Assembly: GCA_018674175.1 (NCBI GenBank)
Contig: JABHAT010000016.1
Location: 131,440 to 195,439 of the forward strand
Source: Gammaproteobacteria bacterium
Lineage (GTDB): Bacteria > Pseudomonadota > Gammaproteobacteria > Poriferisulfidales > GCA-002705445
Direction: 5' to 3'
DNA length: 64,000 nucleotides
The position numbers and the translations under genes are program-made. Below the pieces are notes generated by a model. It did not search any database and had not been told where the DNA came from. It saw only the letters and a list, made by a program, of their open reading frames with translations. Each line of letters opens with the position of its first letter. The stretch's first letter is position 1. Shown in pieces: positions 21,731 through 32,204 of this stretch.

Positions 21731-23061
21731 TTTTTTTGCAATACAAATTCATTGTTATTATTAGAACTAAAAATTTTTTCTTTGTTTTGATTTTCGTGAT
21801 TAATGTAACGTAAAAATTCATTTTTATAATGTTTTATAAAGCTTTCAACTGGCATTGCTGCTGCATCTCCCAAAGCGCATATTGTGCTTCCTGAAATCAT
21901 ACTAGGAATTGACTCAAGAGTTTTAATATCTTCAAGATTGGCTTTTCCGTTAAGTATTTTATCAATAATTTTAAACATCCATCCTGTACCTTCTCGACAA
22001 GGAGTGCATTGACCACAAGATTCAGAATAATAAAATCTGGCAATTCGATGAATAACTTCAACCATATTTGTATCTTCATCCATAATTATTACTGCCCCAG
22101 AGCCAAGCAGAGAACCTGCTTGAGTAATAGATTCATAATCCATATTTGTTTCAAGCATGACTTTACCCGGAACAACTGGGACCGAAGATCCACCAGGTAT
22201 GACGGCCTTAATTTTTTTGCCATCTTTCATTCCACCAGCTAATTCTAGTAATTTTTTAAAAGGTGTGCCGAGTGGAATCTCGTAATTACCTGGTTTATTT
22301 ACATGCCCTGATACAGAAAAACATTTAAATCCTGGGCTATCTTTTGTTCCAGCTGACTTAAACCACTCAGGACCATTTTCCATAATTTTAGGGACTGATG
22401 CTAAAGTTTCCACGTTATTAATAATTGTTGGGGAACCAAATAGACCTTTTACAGCAGGAAAAGGTGGTTTAAATCTTGGAAATCCTTTTTTGCCCTCTAT
22501 TGATTCTAGCATTGCAGTCTCTTCACCAACTATATACGCTCCCGCTCCAATTAAATCATGAAGCTCAATATTAATATTTGTTTTTAATATATTGTTTCCA
22601 ATTAGTTTATTTTCATAAGCATCTGCTAGTGCTTTTTTAAAGCTAGAATAGACGTCATCCATAAACTCGCCCCTTAAATAGCAATAAGCGGTATTAGCGC
22701 CTATTGCATAACTTGCAATCAACATTCCTTCTATTAGAGCGTGAGGATTATATCTTAAAATATCTCTGTCTTTACACGTTCCAGGTTCTGATTCATCAGC
22801 ATTGCACACAAGATATTTGATGTCTTCTGAATCTTGATTTATAAAACTCCATTTTCTTCCTGTTGGAAATCCTGCGCCGCCCCTTCCTCTCAAACCTGAT
22901 TTTAGTATAGTTTCAATAATTTCTTTTCTATCATAAGATGTCGTAACGATATTTTTCCAGGTAGAGTAACCACCTAGACTTACATAGGTATCAAATGAAT
23001 TAGGATTTTTGCTGGATAGTGTCGAGTAACATAATTCATTAACCCTTATATTATTATTCAT
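21727..23061 (-). CDS. nuoF: NADH-quinone oxidoreductase subunit F (51 kDa, FMN/NADH site)
   Basis: GRGGAGFPTGRKW FMN-binding motif and the C-terminal 4Fe-4S motif CGQCTPCREG... Confidence 0.95.
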   Translation of the reverse strand: MNNNIRVNELCYSTLSSKNPNSFDTYVSLGGYSTWKNIVTTSYDRKEIIETILKSGLRGRGGAGFPTGRKWSFINQDSEDIKYLVCNADESEPGTCKDRDILRYNPHALIEGMLIASYAIGANTAYCYLRGEFMDDVYSSFKKALADAYENKLIGNNILKTNINIELHDLIGAGAYIVGEETAMLESIEGKKGFPRFKPPFPAVKGLFGSPTIINNVETLASVPKIMENGPEWFKSAGTKDSPGFKCFSVSGHVNKPGNYEIPLGTPFKKLLELAGGMKDGKKIKAVIPGGSSVPVVPGKVMLETNMDYESITQAGSLLGSGAVIIMDEDTNMVEVIHRIARFYYSESCGQCTPCREGTGWMFKIIDKILNGKANLEDIKTLESIPSMISGSTICALGDAAAMPVESFIKHYKNEFLRYINHENQNKEKIFSSNNNNEFVLQKK

Positions 23062-23548
23062 TTTCTATCTCGGTAATTATCTTATCAATTTTTTCTTTCG
23101 TTAGGTTCTCATAATACTTATGATCAACTTGCATCATTGGTGCTCCACAGCATGCCGCCAAACATTCTCTTTCATCTTTTAAAAAATATTTGTCCGATGA
23201 TCTGCCGACTTTAATTTTTAATTTACTTTCAAGATAAGAAAGAATTTCATCAGAACCATTTAACATGCAAGATACGTTTGTGCATACTGATATTGTATGT
23301 TTACCTATTTTCTCTAGCTCAAACATTGAGTAAAATGCAGCAATCTCATAAACATCTATATTTTTTAAATTTAAAAAATTTGCTAACGCATCAACGTGTA
23401 TACTTTTAATATACTTATTTTCTTTCTGGATTAAGTGCAAAGCATATATTATTGCTGGCTTTTTTTTACCATCAGGAAACTTTAATAACCATTTATTTAT
23501 TTTTGAAGAAACCTCACTAGATATTTTGTATGTACTATTATCTTGCAT
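23054..23548 (-). CDS. nuoE: NADH-quinone oxidoreductase subunit E (24 kDa, 2Fe-2S)
   Basis: 164 aa thioredoxin-like ferredoxin with C...C...CxxAC motifs. Confidence 0.9.
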   Translation of the reverse strand: MQDNSTYKISSEVSSKINKWLLKFPDGKKKPAIIYALHLIQKENKYIKSIHVDALANFLNLKNIDVYEIAAFYSMFELEKIGKHTISVCTNVSCMLNGSDEILSYLESKLKIKVGRSSDKYFLKDERECLAACCGAPMMQVDHKYYENLTKEKIDKIITEIENE

Positions 23549-23553
23549 AATTT

Positions 23554-24828
23554 TTACCTATCAATTTCTCCAAACACGATATCTTGCGTTCCAATGATTG
23601 CAACAACATCAGATATCATGTGTCCCTTAACCATTTCATTTAAAGCTGCTAAATGTGGAAAACCTGGGGCGCGCATTTTTAATCTATAAGGTTTATTTGA
23701 GCCGTCTGAAATTAATGTAACTCCAAATTCTCCTTTGGGGTGCTCCACCGCACAATATACTTCTCCTTCTGGTATGCAGTATCCTTCTGTGAATAATTTA
23801 AAGTGATATATTAAGGATTCCATATCTTCCTTAACTTCATCTCTGCTAGGTGGAGTTATTTTATTATTATTTGAGATTACTTCTCCACTATTATTATTTA
23901 ACCACTTAATACACTGCTTAATAATTTTATTTGATTGCCTCATTTCTTCCATTCTTACTAAATATCTATCATAGCAATCGCCATTAGTTCCAATTGGAAT
24001 ATCAAAATCTATTTCTTTATAAACTTCATATGGTTGTTTTTTTCTTAAGTCCCATGCAACTCCAGAGCCCCTTAACATTGGCCCTGTAAAACCAAGTTGA
24101 AATGCTCTTTCTTTGGTAACAATACCTATATCTACTGTTCTTTGTTTCCAAATTCTATTATCTGTTAGCAACGACTCATATTCATCTACGCAATTAGGAA
24201 ACCTATTTGTAAAATCCTCGATAAAATCCAAAAGCGTACCTTCTCTAGATTCATTAAGCTTTGTTACTTCTTTTTTTGACTTCCATTTTGATTCTTCATA
24301 TTTTGGCATATGTAAAGGTAGATCTTTGGCAACTCCTCCAGGTCTATAATAGGTTGCATGCATTCTTGTGCCAGATACTGCCTCGTAGCAATCCATTAAA
24401 TCTTCTCTTTCTCTAAATGCGTATAAGAAAACACTCATAGCTCCTATGTCTAGTGCGTGAGCTCCAAGCCAAAGCAAGTGATTTAGTATTCTTGTAATTT
24501 CGTCAAACATAACTCTGATGTATTTAGCTCTCTCGGGAATTTCAATCCCTAATGATTTCTCTATTGCTAAAACATATGCATGCTCATTGCTCATCATTGA
24601 CACATAATCCAGTCTGTCCATATATCCAATACTTTGGTTATAAGGCTTACTCTCTGCTAATTTTTCTGTGCCCCTATGAAGTAATCCAATATGTGGATCT
24701 GCCCTAACTATCACCTCACCTTCTAACTCCAGAATCAATCTAAGAACTCCGTGAGCCGAGGGATGCTGAGGGCCAAAGTTCATTGTGAAACTTTTTATTT
24801 CAGCCACTTGGGCCCTCCTCTTTATCAT
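23554..24828 (-). CDS. nuoD: NADH-quinone oxidoreductase subunit D (49 kDa)
   Basis: 424 aa starting ...[15 protein letters not shown], with the C-terminal ...IVFGEIDR signature. It is a separate gene from nuoC. Confidence 0.95.
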   Translation of the reverse strand: MIKRRAQVAEIKSFTMNFGPQHPSAHGVLRLILELEGEVIVRADPHIGLLHRGTEKLAESKPYNQSIGYMDRLDYVSMMSNEHAYVLAIEKSLGIEIPERAKYIRVMFDEITRILNHLLWLGAHALDIGAMSVFLYAFREREDLMDCYEAVSGTRMHATYYRPGGVAKDLPLHMPKYEESKWKSKKEVTKLNESREGTLLDFIEDFTNRFPNCVDEYESLLTDNRIWKQRTVDIGIVTKERAFQLGFTGPMLRGSGVAWDLRKKQPYEVYKEIDFDIPIGTNGDCYDRYLVRMEEMRQSNKIIKQCIKWLNNNSGEVISNNNKITPPSRDEVKEDMESLIYHFKLFTEGYCIPEGEVYCAVEHPKGEFGVTLISDGSNKPYRLKMRAPGFPHLAALNEMVKGHMISDVVAIIGTQDIVFGEIDR

Positions 24829-25507
24829 TACCTCTTATGACTTTTGGTATCAAAACTCTAGGCTTAATTGTTACGGGTTGATAAACAACTCTCTCTTTAT
24901 CTAGGTCATAATTAACTTCTACGTTACCTATCAAAGGAAAATCTTTCCTGAGTGGGTGACCAATGAAACCATAATCAGTTAGTAATCTTCTTAAATCTGG
25001 ATGGCCTGTGAAAACTATACCGAGTAAATCATATGCTTCTCTTTCGTACCAATCCGCAGATGACCATATTGATGTGACAGATGATAACGACGGTGTATCA
25101 TCCTCATTACAATAAAATTTTACATTTAGCCTAAAATTTGAAGTCACAGATAATAAGTTATATATTGCTGCAAATCTTTTTTTTGGTTGGTTGTGATTTT
25201 TTTTGGAGGTCTCGTAAGTATATCGTCCGCTACTATCTTTTGTTATTCCTCTACTATAACCCTTATTATTTGCATTTTTAGCATTCCATTCGCTAATTCC
25301 AAAATCTGAGTAATCTACTGCAATAATGTCAATTAAAATTTCAAATTGTAAAAGGTCATTTTCATGAAAAAGAGTCATTACTTCTATTAAATTTTCTTCC
25401 TCAAATACCACGGTATTTTTGTCTTCAAAACTAAAACAAAACTTTGAGAAATCTTTATCAAATAAAGTCTTTAGTTGATTATTGTTCGGTGTATTTTTAT
25501 TGTTCAT
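24800..25507 (-). CDS. nuoC: NADH-quinone oxidoreductase subunit C (30 kDa)
   Basis: [42 protein letters not shown] signature. It overlaps the nuoD start by 29 nt and has a ~35-40 aa N/K-rich insertion. Confidence 0.9.
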   Translation of the reverse strand: MNNKNTPNNNQLKTLFDKDFSKFCFSFEDKNTVVFEEENLIEVMTLFHENDLLQFEILIDIIAVDYSDFGISEWNAKNANNKGYSRGITKDSSGRYTYETSKKNHNQPKKRFAAIYNLLSVTSNFRLNVKFYCNEDDTPSLSSVTSIWSSADWYEREAYDLLGIVFTGHPDLRRLLTDYGFIGHPLRKDFPLIGNVEVNYDLDKERVVYQPVTIKPRVLIPKVIRGNDKEEGPSG

Positions 25508-25536
25508 AATTCAATACCTGGTATTTTTTTATACAA

Positions 25537-26022
25537 TTATCTTTTGATAGATTTTTTATTATGAATTTTATTTTTAAGCTGCAAAATACCATATAGTAGA
25601 GCTTCTGCAGTGGGCGGACATCCAGGGACATATATATCAACTGGAATTATTCTATCGCAACCTCTTACTACAGAATATGAGTAGTGATAATAACCTCCTC
25701 CATTTGCACAAGAGCCCATAGAAATTACCCATTTTGGATCGGCCATTTGATCGTAAACTTTTCTTAAGGCAGGAGCCATTTTATTTACCAATGTTCCAGC
25801 TACAATAATTACATCAGATTGCCTCGGGCTAGGCCTAAACATCATTCCAAAACGATCAAGATCATATCTTGCTGCACCAGCATGCATCATTTCAACAGCA
25901 CAGCATGCTAAACCAAATGTCATAGGCCACATTGACCCAGTATTAGCCCAATTGATTAACTCTTTTGATGATGTTGTAACATAGCCATTACTATTATTAT
26001 TTAGCGATTCGATAATATCCAT
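25537..26022 (-). CDS. nuoB: NADH-quinone oxidoreductase subunit B (20 kDa, N2 cluster)
   Basis: [17 protein letters not shown] and VPGCPP cysteine motifs in a 161 aa protein. Confidence 0.95.
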   Translation of the reverse strand: MDIIESLNNNSNGYVTTSSKELINWANTGSMWPMTFGLACCAVEMMHAGAARYDLDRFGMMFRPSPRQSDVIIVAGTLVNKMAPALRKVYDQMADPKWVISMGSCANGGGYYHYSYSVVRGCDRIIPVDIYVPGCPPTAEALLYGILQLKNKIHNKKSIKR

Positions 26023-26025
26023 AAT

Positions 26026-26382
26026 TTAGTCCCAGTTAAGGGCTCCTTTTTTCCATTCATAAATAAAGCCAATGATTAAAATTAATAAAAAAATACTCAT
26101 TGCAACTAAACCACTAGTGCCAAGATCATCAAGTGCAACTGCCCAAGGAAATAAGAAAGCAATTTCTAGATCAAAAATAATAAATAATATTGCCACTAAA
26201 TAAAATCTAATATCAAATTGCATACGTGCATCACTAAAATTCTCAAACCCACACTCATAGGCAGAATTTTTTGCTTTATTTTTTTCACCCCTATTTATTA
26301 ATCTAGAAGCAATTATTGGCATAGCTCCTATCGCAACACTTACAATTATGAACAAGAATATTGGAAAGTAATTATTTAACAT
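26026..26382 (-). CDS. nuoA: NADH-quinone oxidoreductase subunit A
   Basis: 118 aa with 3 TM helices and the YECGFE motif. First gene of the operon. Confidence 0.9.
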   Translation of the reverse strand: MLNNYFPIFLFIIVSVAIGAMPIIASRLINRGEKNKAKNSAYECGFENFSDARMQFDIRFYLVAILFIIFDLEIAFLFPWAVALDDLGTSGLVAMSIFLLILIIGFIYEWKKGALNWD

Positions 26383-26464
26383 AATACTTAATTGATTTAT
26401 TATTTATAAATAAAAAATAACTAATATTATTTAAATTAGTAATTAAAAAAAAGTTATTTAACAT
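26372..26464 (-). CDS. putative 30-aa upstream/leader ORF translationally coupled to nuoA
   Basis: AAGGAG lies 9 nt upstream of an ATG. The ORF reads MLNNFFLITNLNNISYFLFINNKSIKYYVK, and its TAA stop overlaps nuoA codons 2-4. Its first 11 nt are identical to the nuoA start ATGTTAAATAA. Confidence 0.3.
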   Translation of the reverse strand: MLNNFFLITNLNNISYFLFINNKSIKYYVK

Positions 26465-26611
26465 AATAATATTCTCCTTAATATGAATATAAATTACACC
26501 ATAATAAAAAGATATTACAACAAAAAAATGAAAAAATAATTTTATGAGGGCATATACACAACCTATATAGAGAGAGAAATAGGTATTAAATATCAATGGC
26601 TTATAAAAAAT

Positions 26612-26696
26612 TGGTGCCGATGGCCGGAGTCGAACCGGCACAGCTTTCGCCACTGCCCCCTCAAGACAGCGTGTCTACCAATTCCACCACATCGGC
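26612..26696 (-). tRNA. tRNA-Leu (GAG)
   Basis: rc reads GCCGATGTGGTGGAATTGGTAGACACGCTGTCTTGAGGGGGCAGTGGCGAAAGCTGTGCCGGTTCGACTCCGGCCATCGGCACCA. It has a long variable arm and anticodon GAG, and sits where E. coli leuU sits after secG. Confidence 0.85.
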
Positions 26697-26705
26697 TTAA
26701 TTTAT

Positions 26706-27059
26706 TTAGTCAGGAATAACTAAGTCATCACCCAAGTTATTTTTCGGATTAGATTTTTCAGAAGAATTACTTATAGAACTTTCATTGCTTTGGGTATCAT
26801 TTGAAATAATAACACTAGTATCAGAAACTTTACTTTTAGCTAAATAAGCAAGAGCTAAGCAATTTAAAAAAAATAGAACTACTAAAAAAGTTGTTAACTT
26901 TGTTATAAAATTACCTGCGCCAGAGGCACCAAATACTGCTCCAGATGAACCACCGCCAAACATTCCACTAGCATCACCTTTACCTTGCTGCATTAAAATA
27001 AAAAATATTATCAAAATTGATAAAATTACTGCAACTACTAATAAAATTGTATAAATCAT
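26706..27059 (-). CDS. secG: preprotein translocase subunit SecG
   Basis: 117 aa with two TM helices and a Gly-rich loop (LMQQGKGDASGMFGGGSSGAVFGASGAGNF). Confidence 0.85.
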   Translation of the reverse strand: MIYTILLVVAVILSILIIFFILMQQGKGDASGMFGGGSSGAVFGASGAGNFITKLTTFLVVLFFLNCLALAYLAKSKVSDTSVIISNDTQSNESSISNSSEKSNPKNNLGDDLVIPD

Positions 27060-27068
27060 ATAAATTCC

Positions 27069-27815
27069 TTAAATTTTTAAATTACATATTTTTGTAAATT
27101 CTTCTGCGTCTAGGGAAGCTCCGCCAATTAAAACCCCGTCAACATATCGGGCACTTAGTATATCTTGAGCATTTTTTAAGCTTACACTCCCACCATAAAG
27201 CACCATTATATCTTTTTCTTTCAAGAAAGGGTGGTTTTCTGAAACATAAGTTTTAATGAATCTATGTATAAAAGAAATATCATCAATTTTTGGAATGTTA
27301 CCAGTTCCGATTGCCCATACTGGCTCGTAAGCAACTATAACCTTCTTGGGGTTTACCTTTGGATAATTTCCTTTTTTGCACAAGTCTTCAAGCTGTTTTA
27401 TTAATACGTTTTGAGTATTACCATTCTTTTTGGCATCTGCGCTTTCACCAATGCAGAAAATAACCTGAAGATCATTTGAAACATACAAAGATTTAGCAGC
27501 TTCATTACATGCAGTATATTGCCCTCTTACTTCTGAATGCCCAACTAAAATATAATTACAACCATTATCAATAAACATATCACTTGAATGACCGCTTGTT
27601 TGAGTTACATCATCACATACATAAGTCATATTTTGACCACCAAGATTAAAATTATCTTTATCTCTATAATGGTTTAATTTGTCTATATAAAGGTCTGGTG
27701 GAAAAATAATTATTTCATTATTAGAAACTAAATTTTTAAGGAAATAATCAAAATAATCTTTTATAAATTTTTTACTTCCGTTATTTTTCCAATTGGCAGC
27801 AATAATTTTTTTCAT
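27069..27815 (-). CDS. tpiA: triose-phosphate isomerase
   Basis: AANWKNNGS, ILVGHSEVR and GGASL motifs in a 248 aa protein. Confidence 0.9.
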   Translation of the reverse strand: MKKIIAANWKNNGSKKFIKDYFDYFLKNLVSNNEIIIFPPDLYIDKLNHYRDKDNFNLGGQNMTYVCDDVTQTSGHSSDMFIDNGCNYILVGHSEVRGQYTACNEAAKSLYVSNDLQVIFCIGESADAKKNGNTQNVLIKQLEDLCKKGNYPKVNPKKVIVAYEPVWAIGTGNIPKIDDISFIHRFIKTYVSENHPFLKEKDIMVLYGGSVSLKNAQDILSARYVDGVLIGGASLDAEEFTKICNLKI

Positions 27816-29158
27816 GATAATAGTGTAGTTAACTTATCTTTAATAAAATATTTAATTTCTTTCGAAGCGCTATTTACTCGCTCTGCTTCTTTTGCCTCAA
27901 CCATAATCCTAATGCAGTTTTCTGTCCCAGATTTTCTAATAATTAATCTTAAATCATTATTCGAGAATTTATCAGAAGCTTCTTTAATCGCAATATTTAT
28001 TATGTTTTCTGGAAGATATTTATCAATTAATAAATTTGTAATTTTTTGTGGATATTTTTTTAAAAAACTATTTATACTTTTTTTATTAAGAATATCAGAA
28101 TAATATAAGAATTGTAAAGCAGCTATTATTGAATCTCCGGAAGATGAGTTATCTAACATGAGAATATGACCCGAAGCTTCTCCACCTAAAACATAATTGT
28201 TCTTAAGCATTTTTTCCATGACATTTTTATCACCAACATTAGCTCTAATAAAATCAATACCTTCTTCTTTTAGGAATTTTTCAAACGCATAATTAGTCAT
28301 AGTGGTTCCCACTACTCCTTTTATATTTTCATTTAAAATATTTTTACCTTTTATTATTGTATAAAGAATGTCATCACCATCTAAAACTTTACCATCTTCA
28401 TTTACAACTAAAAGACGATCTCCATCTCCATCCATTGATATAGCGAATTTAGAGCCATTATCTTTAATGATGCTTGGCAAATGATTAAGATATGTTGAAC
28501 CACATTTATCGTTAATATTTATACCATTTGGCTTATCATTTATTACACTTATATCATAACCTGCTTTCTTAAAAACCTTTGGAGCTATATTGTAGTTTGA
28601 ACCATTTGCTAAATCTAATGTTAAATGCATTTTTGTATTGTTAGATTTAATTGTTTTTAAACAAAAGTCTATGTATTCGTTTGAGATATTAATATTTTTT
28701 AATTTGTTACTAGAGCTTAAATAATCTAATTTTATATTTTTGCCTTTAATATTCTCTATATAATCTTCAATATGATTCTCATCATCTATTGAAATTTTAA
28801 ATCCATCTTTGTTAAAAATCTTAATACCATTATCTTTGTATAAATTGTGAGACGCACTTACCATAATCCCTAAATCATAATTTTCTTTTTTTGTATAAAA
28901 AGCAATTGCAGGAGTTGGGACAACTGAAGTATTGTGAATTTCACAACCTTCTTCTTGAAGACCTATAGATATTTGATCTATAATTTTAGAACAGGATTCT
29001 CTTGTATCGCAACCAAATATAACTTTCTTTTTGCAATTATTAGATGCAAGGAGTGATCTTCCTATTGCAAGCCCTAGTATTATAAAAAACTCATTTGTTA
29101 GAGGTTCTACACCAAATTCTCCACGAATACCATCTGTACCAAAATACCTCTTAGGCAT
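27812..29158 (-). CDS. glmM: phosphoglucosamine mutase
   Basis: GTDGIRG N-terminus and the active-site Ser motif SASHNLYKDNGIK. 448 aa. Confidence 0.9.
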   Translation of the reverse strand: MPKRYFGTDGIRGEFGVEPLTNEFFIILGLAIGRSLLASNNCKKKVIFGCDTRESCSKIIDQISIGLQEEGCEIHNTSVVPTPAIAFYTKKENYDLGIMVSASHNLYKDNGIKIFNKDGFKISIDDENHIEDYIENIKGKNIKLDYLSSSNKLKNINISNEYIDFCLKTIKSNNTKMHLTLDLANGSNYNIAPKVFKKAGYDISVINDKPNGININDKCGSTYLNHLPSIIKDNGSKFAISMDGDGDRLLVVNEDGKVLDGDDILYTIIKGKNILNENIKGVVGTTMTNYAFEKFLKEEGIDFIRANVGDKNVMEKMLKNNYVLGGEASGHILMLDNSSSGDSIIAALQFLYYSDILNKKSINSFLKKYPQKITNLLIDKYLPENIINIAIKEASDKFSNNDLRLIIRKSGTENCIRIMVEAKEAERVNSASKEIKYFIKDKLTTLLS

Positions 29159-29166
29159 TTTTCTTT

Positions 29167-31083
29167 CTAATGTGAGCTAGCTGTATCAGTAAATCCTGAT
29201 TTTTTAACTTCTTCACGGCTAGACGGTTTTTTATCACTATCATCATTATCATCCCAATCTTTTGGTGGGCGAGGCTTTATTCCAGCCATGATATCATCTA
29301 TTTGATCTTTATCTATAGTTTCATATGTCATTAATGCGTCTGTCATTGCATGCAACTTATCAATATTATCTTTTATCATTTTTGTAGCTCTTTCATAAGA
29401 ATTATTAACCAATAATCTTATCTCATTATCTATGTCTCTTGCGGTATCATCAGACATTGTTTTGTGTTGTGTTACAGATTTTCCAAGAAAAACTTCTCCG
29501 TCTTCGTCAGAATATGACATAGGCCCCATCTTTTCGGACAAGCCCCATTTTGTAACCATATTTTTTGCAATTTCAGTAGCTCTTTCAATATCATTTGAGG
29601 CACCTGTTGTAACCATATCTTTTCCAAAAATTAATTCTTCAGCTATTCTTCCACCGTAAAGCGTACAAATTTGACTTTCTAATCTTTGTTTATTGTTACT
29701 ATACCTATCGTCTTCAGGTAGAAACATTGTTACTCCCAAGGCTCTTCCTCTAGGAATAATTGTAACTTTATGTACAGGGTCGTGCTCAGGCACTAATCTT
29801 CCAACAATAGCGTGACCTGACTCATGATATGCAGTAAGTTTTTTTTCATCTTCACTCATAACCATTGATTTTCTTTCTGCGCCCATCATAATTTTATCTT
29901 TAGCTTTTTCAAATTCAACCATACTTACTTTACTATTACTTGCTCTTGCAGCAAATAAAGCTGCTTCATTAACTAAGTTTGCTAAATCTGCTCCAGAGAA
30001 ACCTGGTGTGCCTCTTGCTATAATAGAAGGCTCAACGTCTTCAGATACAGGTACTTTTCTCATATGAACTTTCAATATTTTCTCTCTACCTCTTATATCT
30101 GGAAGAGGAACTACTACTTGTCTGTCGAATCTTCCTGGGCGAAGTAAAGCAGGATCCAAAACATCTGGTCTGTTAGTAGCCGCTATAACTATAGTGCCTT
30201 CATGCCCCTCAAAACCATCCATCTCTACTAACAATTGGTTAAGTGTTTGTTCTCTTTCATCATGACCTCCACCTACACCTGCGCCCCTATGTCGACCAAC
30301 AGCATCAATTTCATCTATAAATATAATACACGGTGCATGTTTTGTTGCTTGAGCAAACATATCTCTAACTCTTGAAGCTCCAACACCAACAAACATTTCA
30401 ACAAAATCAGAACCTGATATTGTAAAAAATGGAACTTTCGCTTCACCTGCTATAGCTTTAGCTAATAATGTTTTACCAGTTCCTGGTGACCCAACCAACA
30501 ATACACCTTTGGGGATTTTTCCACCAAGTTTTTGAAATTTTGATGGATCTCTTAAAAATTCTACTAATTCTTCAACTTCTTGTTTAGCTTCTTCAACTCC
30601 TGCAACATCAGCAAAAGTTACTTTATTCTCATCTTCATTCATCATCTTTGCTTTACTTTTACCAAATGACATAGCACCGCCTTTACCGCCGCCGCCGCCT
30701 TGCATTTGTCTCATAAAAAATAACCATACTCCTATAAGAAGTAACATCGGGAACCACTGAATTAATATCTGCAGAAATAAAGATGGCTTTGCAGGTGGTT
30801 CTGTAAGGATTTCTATATTATTAGACAAAAGATCATCAACTAATTTTGGATCATTTAAACCATATGTTAAGAAAGTAGTGCCGTTATTGTATGTTCCAGA
30901 TATTGTTTTACCATCAGCCTCAATGACTACACTTCTTATCTGACTACTTTTTACTTGATTAATAAATTCTGAATACGAAAGATTTGTTGAGCTTTCTTTT
31001 TGTGGAATAAAGTTATTAAAAACAGACATAATAACTACTGCTATAACTATCCAAACTAACATATTTTTTAACATATCATTCAT
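29167..31083 (-). CDS. ftsH: ATP-dependent zinc metalloprotease FtsH
   Basis: AAA+ Walker [17 protein letters not shown] zinc motif, N-terminal TM pair, and a Gly-rich [10 protein letters not shown] loop. Confidence 0.95.
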   Translation of the reverse strand: MNDMLKNMLVWIVIAVVIMSVFNNFIPQKESSTNLSYSEFINQVKSSQIRSVVIEADGKTISGTYNNGTTFLTYGLNDPKLVDDLLSNNIEILTEPPAKPSLFLQILIQWFPMLLLIGVWLFFMRQMQGGGGGKGGAMSFGKSKAKMMNEDENKVTFADVAGVEEAKQEVEELVEFLRDPSKFQKLGGKIPKGVLLVGSPGTGKTLLAKAIAGEAKVPFFTISGSDFVEMFVGVGASRVRDMFAQATKHAPCIIFIDEIDAVGRHRGAGVGGGHDEREQTLNQLLVEMDGFEGHEGTIVIAATNRPDVLDPALLRPGRFDRQVVVPLPDIRGREKILKVHMRKVPVSEDVEPSIIARGTPGFSGADLANLVNEAALFAARASNSKVSMVEFEKAKDKIMMGAERKSMVMSEDEKKLTAYHESGHAIVGRLVPEHDPVHKVTIIPRGRALGVTMFLPEDDRYSNNKQRLESQICTLYGGRIAEELIFGKDMVTTGASNDIERATEIAKNMVTKWGLSEKMGPMSYSDEDGEVFLGKSVTQHKTMSDDTARDIDNEIRLLVNNSYERATKMIKDNIDKLHAMTDALMTYETIDKDQIDDIMAGIKPRPPKDWDDNDDSDKKPSSREEVKKSGFTDTASSH

Positions 31084-31084
31084 A

Positions 31085-31711
31085 TCATTCGCCCTGAATT
31101 GTTGATTTACTTTTTAATCCTGTTGCTAACATATATATCTCTCTACTATTTGATCTTGACGCCTTAGGTTTAATTATTCTAACTTTTTCAAAATAGTTTC
31201 TCATGTCCTTCATATACTCATCTGTTCCTTTACCTTGGAATAACTTCACCAACAAATTACCAGATTCTTTTAAAGTATTAATTGCTACTTCTACAACTAT
31301 GTCAGCTAAATTTAACATTGCCGGTACGTCTGCACTCTCTATACCACTTATATTAGGGGCAATATCTGACATTACAAGGTCAATTTTATCAAAATTCTTT
31401 TTTTTAAGGTAATTTTCACTAAATTCCTCAATATCTGATTGTACAAAATTTACATTAGGTATACTTTCCATATGAAGAAGATCTATAGCTGTAATTTGGA
31501 TATTTTTATGCTTTTTAGCTGCGTACTGACTCCACCCACCCGGTGCGCTTCCAAGATCTAGAATAATAGAGTTTTCAGTAATTAGATTATATTTTTCGTC
31601 AATTTCTTTTAACTTAAATACAGCTCTTGAACGCCAGTTACCTTTATTAGCTAATTTTACATACTCATCATTTATATGTGCTTTATACCATTTAGAGGAA
31701 TTTTTACTCAT
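31085..31711 (-). CDS. rlmE: 23S rRNA (uridine2552-2'-O)-methyltransferase RlmE/FtsJ
   Basis: RSRAVFKL...[11 protein letters not shown]...SDIAPN motifs. Conserved position upstream of ftsH. Confidence 0.9.
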   Translation of the reverse strand: MSKNSSKWYKAHINDEYVKLANKGNWRSRAVFKLKEIDEKYNLITENSIILDLGSAPGGWSQYAAKKHKNIQITAIDLLHMESIPNVNFVQSDIEEFSENYLKKKNFDKIDLVMSDIAPNISGIESADVPAMLNLADIVVEVAINTLKESGNLLVKLFQGKGTDEYMKDMRNYFEKVRIIKPKASRSNSREIYMLATGLKSKSTIQGE

Positions 31712-32177
31712 AAGATATTTTTAATATTTCAAACTCTTTTCCACCGCTTGGTGTTTCAGCTATAACCGTATCACCCTCTTCCTTGCCAATTAAAGATCTT
31801 GCTATAGGAGAATTAATTGATATTAAATTAATTTTTATATCTGCTTCGTCGTCTCCAACTATTGAATATGAAATTTCACAATCTTTTTCAAAATCATAAA
31901 GCTTAACTTTTGCACTAAAAACAACTTTACTTAAAGTGATCTTGTTAGGATCTACAATTTCTGCATTCGATAACTTTAATTTTATATCTTTTATTCGCCC
32001 CTCAACAAAACTTTGTTGCTCTCTCGCAGCATGATATTCTGCATTCTCTTTTAAATCACCATGCTCTCTAGCAACCGAAATATCATCTATGATTCTTGGG
32101 CGCTCAATATTTGTTAGATTATCAAGTTCATCTCTAAGCTTTTTTTCACCATTTACTGTTATCGGGAATTTGTCCAT
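31704..32177 (-). CDS. greA: transcription elongation factor GreA
   Basis: 157 aa with the N-terminal coiled-coil ...AREHGDLKENAEYHAAREQQ and a C-terminal FKBP-like domain. Confidence 0.9.
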   Translation of the reverse strand: MDKFPITVNGEKKLRDELDNLTNIERPRIIDDISVAREHGDLKENAEYHAAREQQSFVEGRIKDIKLKLSNAEIVDPNKITLSKVVFSAKVKLYDFEKDCEISYSIVGDDEADIKINLISINSPIARSLIGKEEGDTVIAETPSGGKEFEILKISYE

Positions 32178-32204
32178 GTATTAATTATGAAGTTGATAGA
32201 ACTT

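Noticed and set aside
26372-26653. 93-aa ORF from the track, running from the nuoA start through the tRNA-Leu gene
   Set aside because: Its 5' two-thirds is antisense/overlapping tRNA-Leu and pure AT-rich promoter sequence with an I/F/Y/N/K-only composition. Only the last 30 codons, which have their own SD and ATG, are kept as a possible uORF.
30676-30700. GC-rich (GCC)n simple repeat that stands out in the AT-rich background
   Set aside because: It encodes the conserved Gly-rich [10 protein letters not shown] loop of FtsH, so it is a coding constraint rather than a repeat element.
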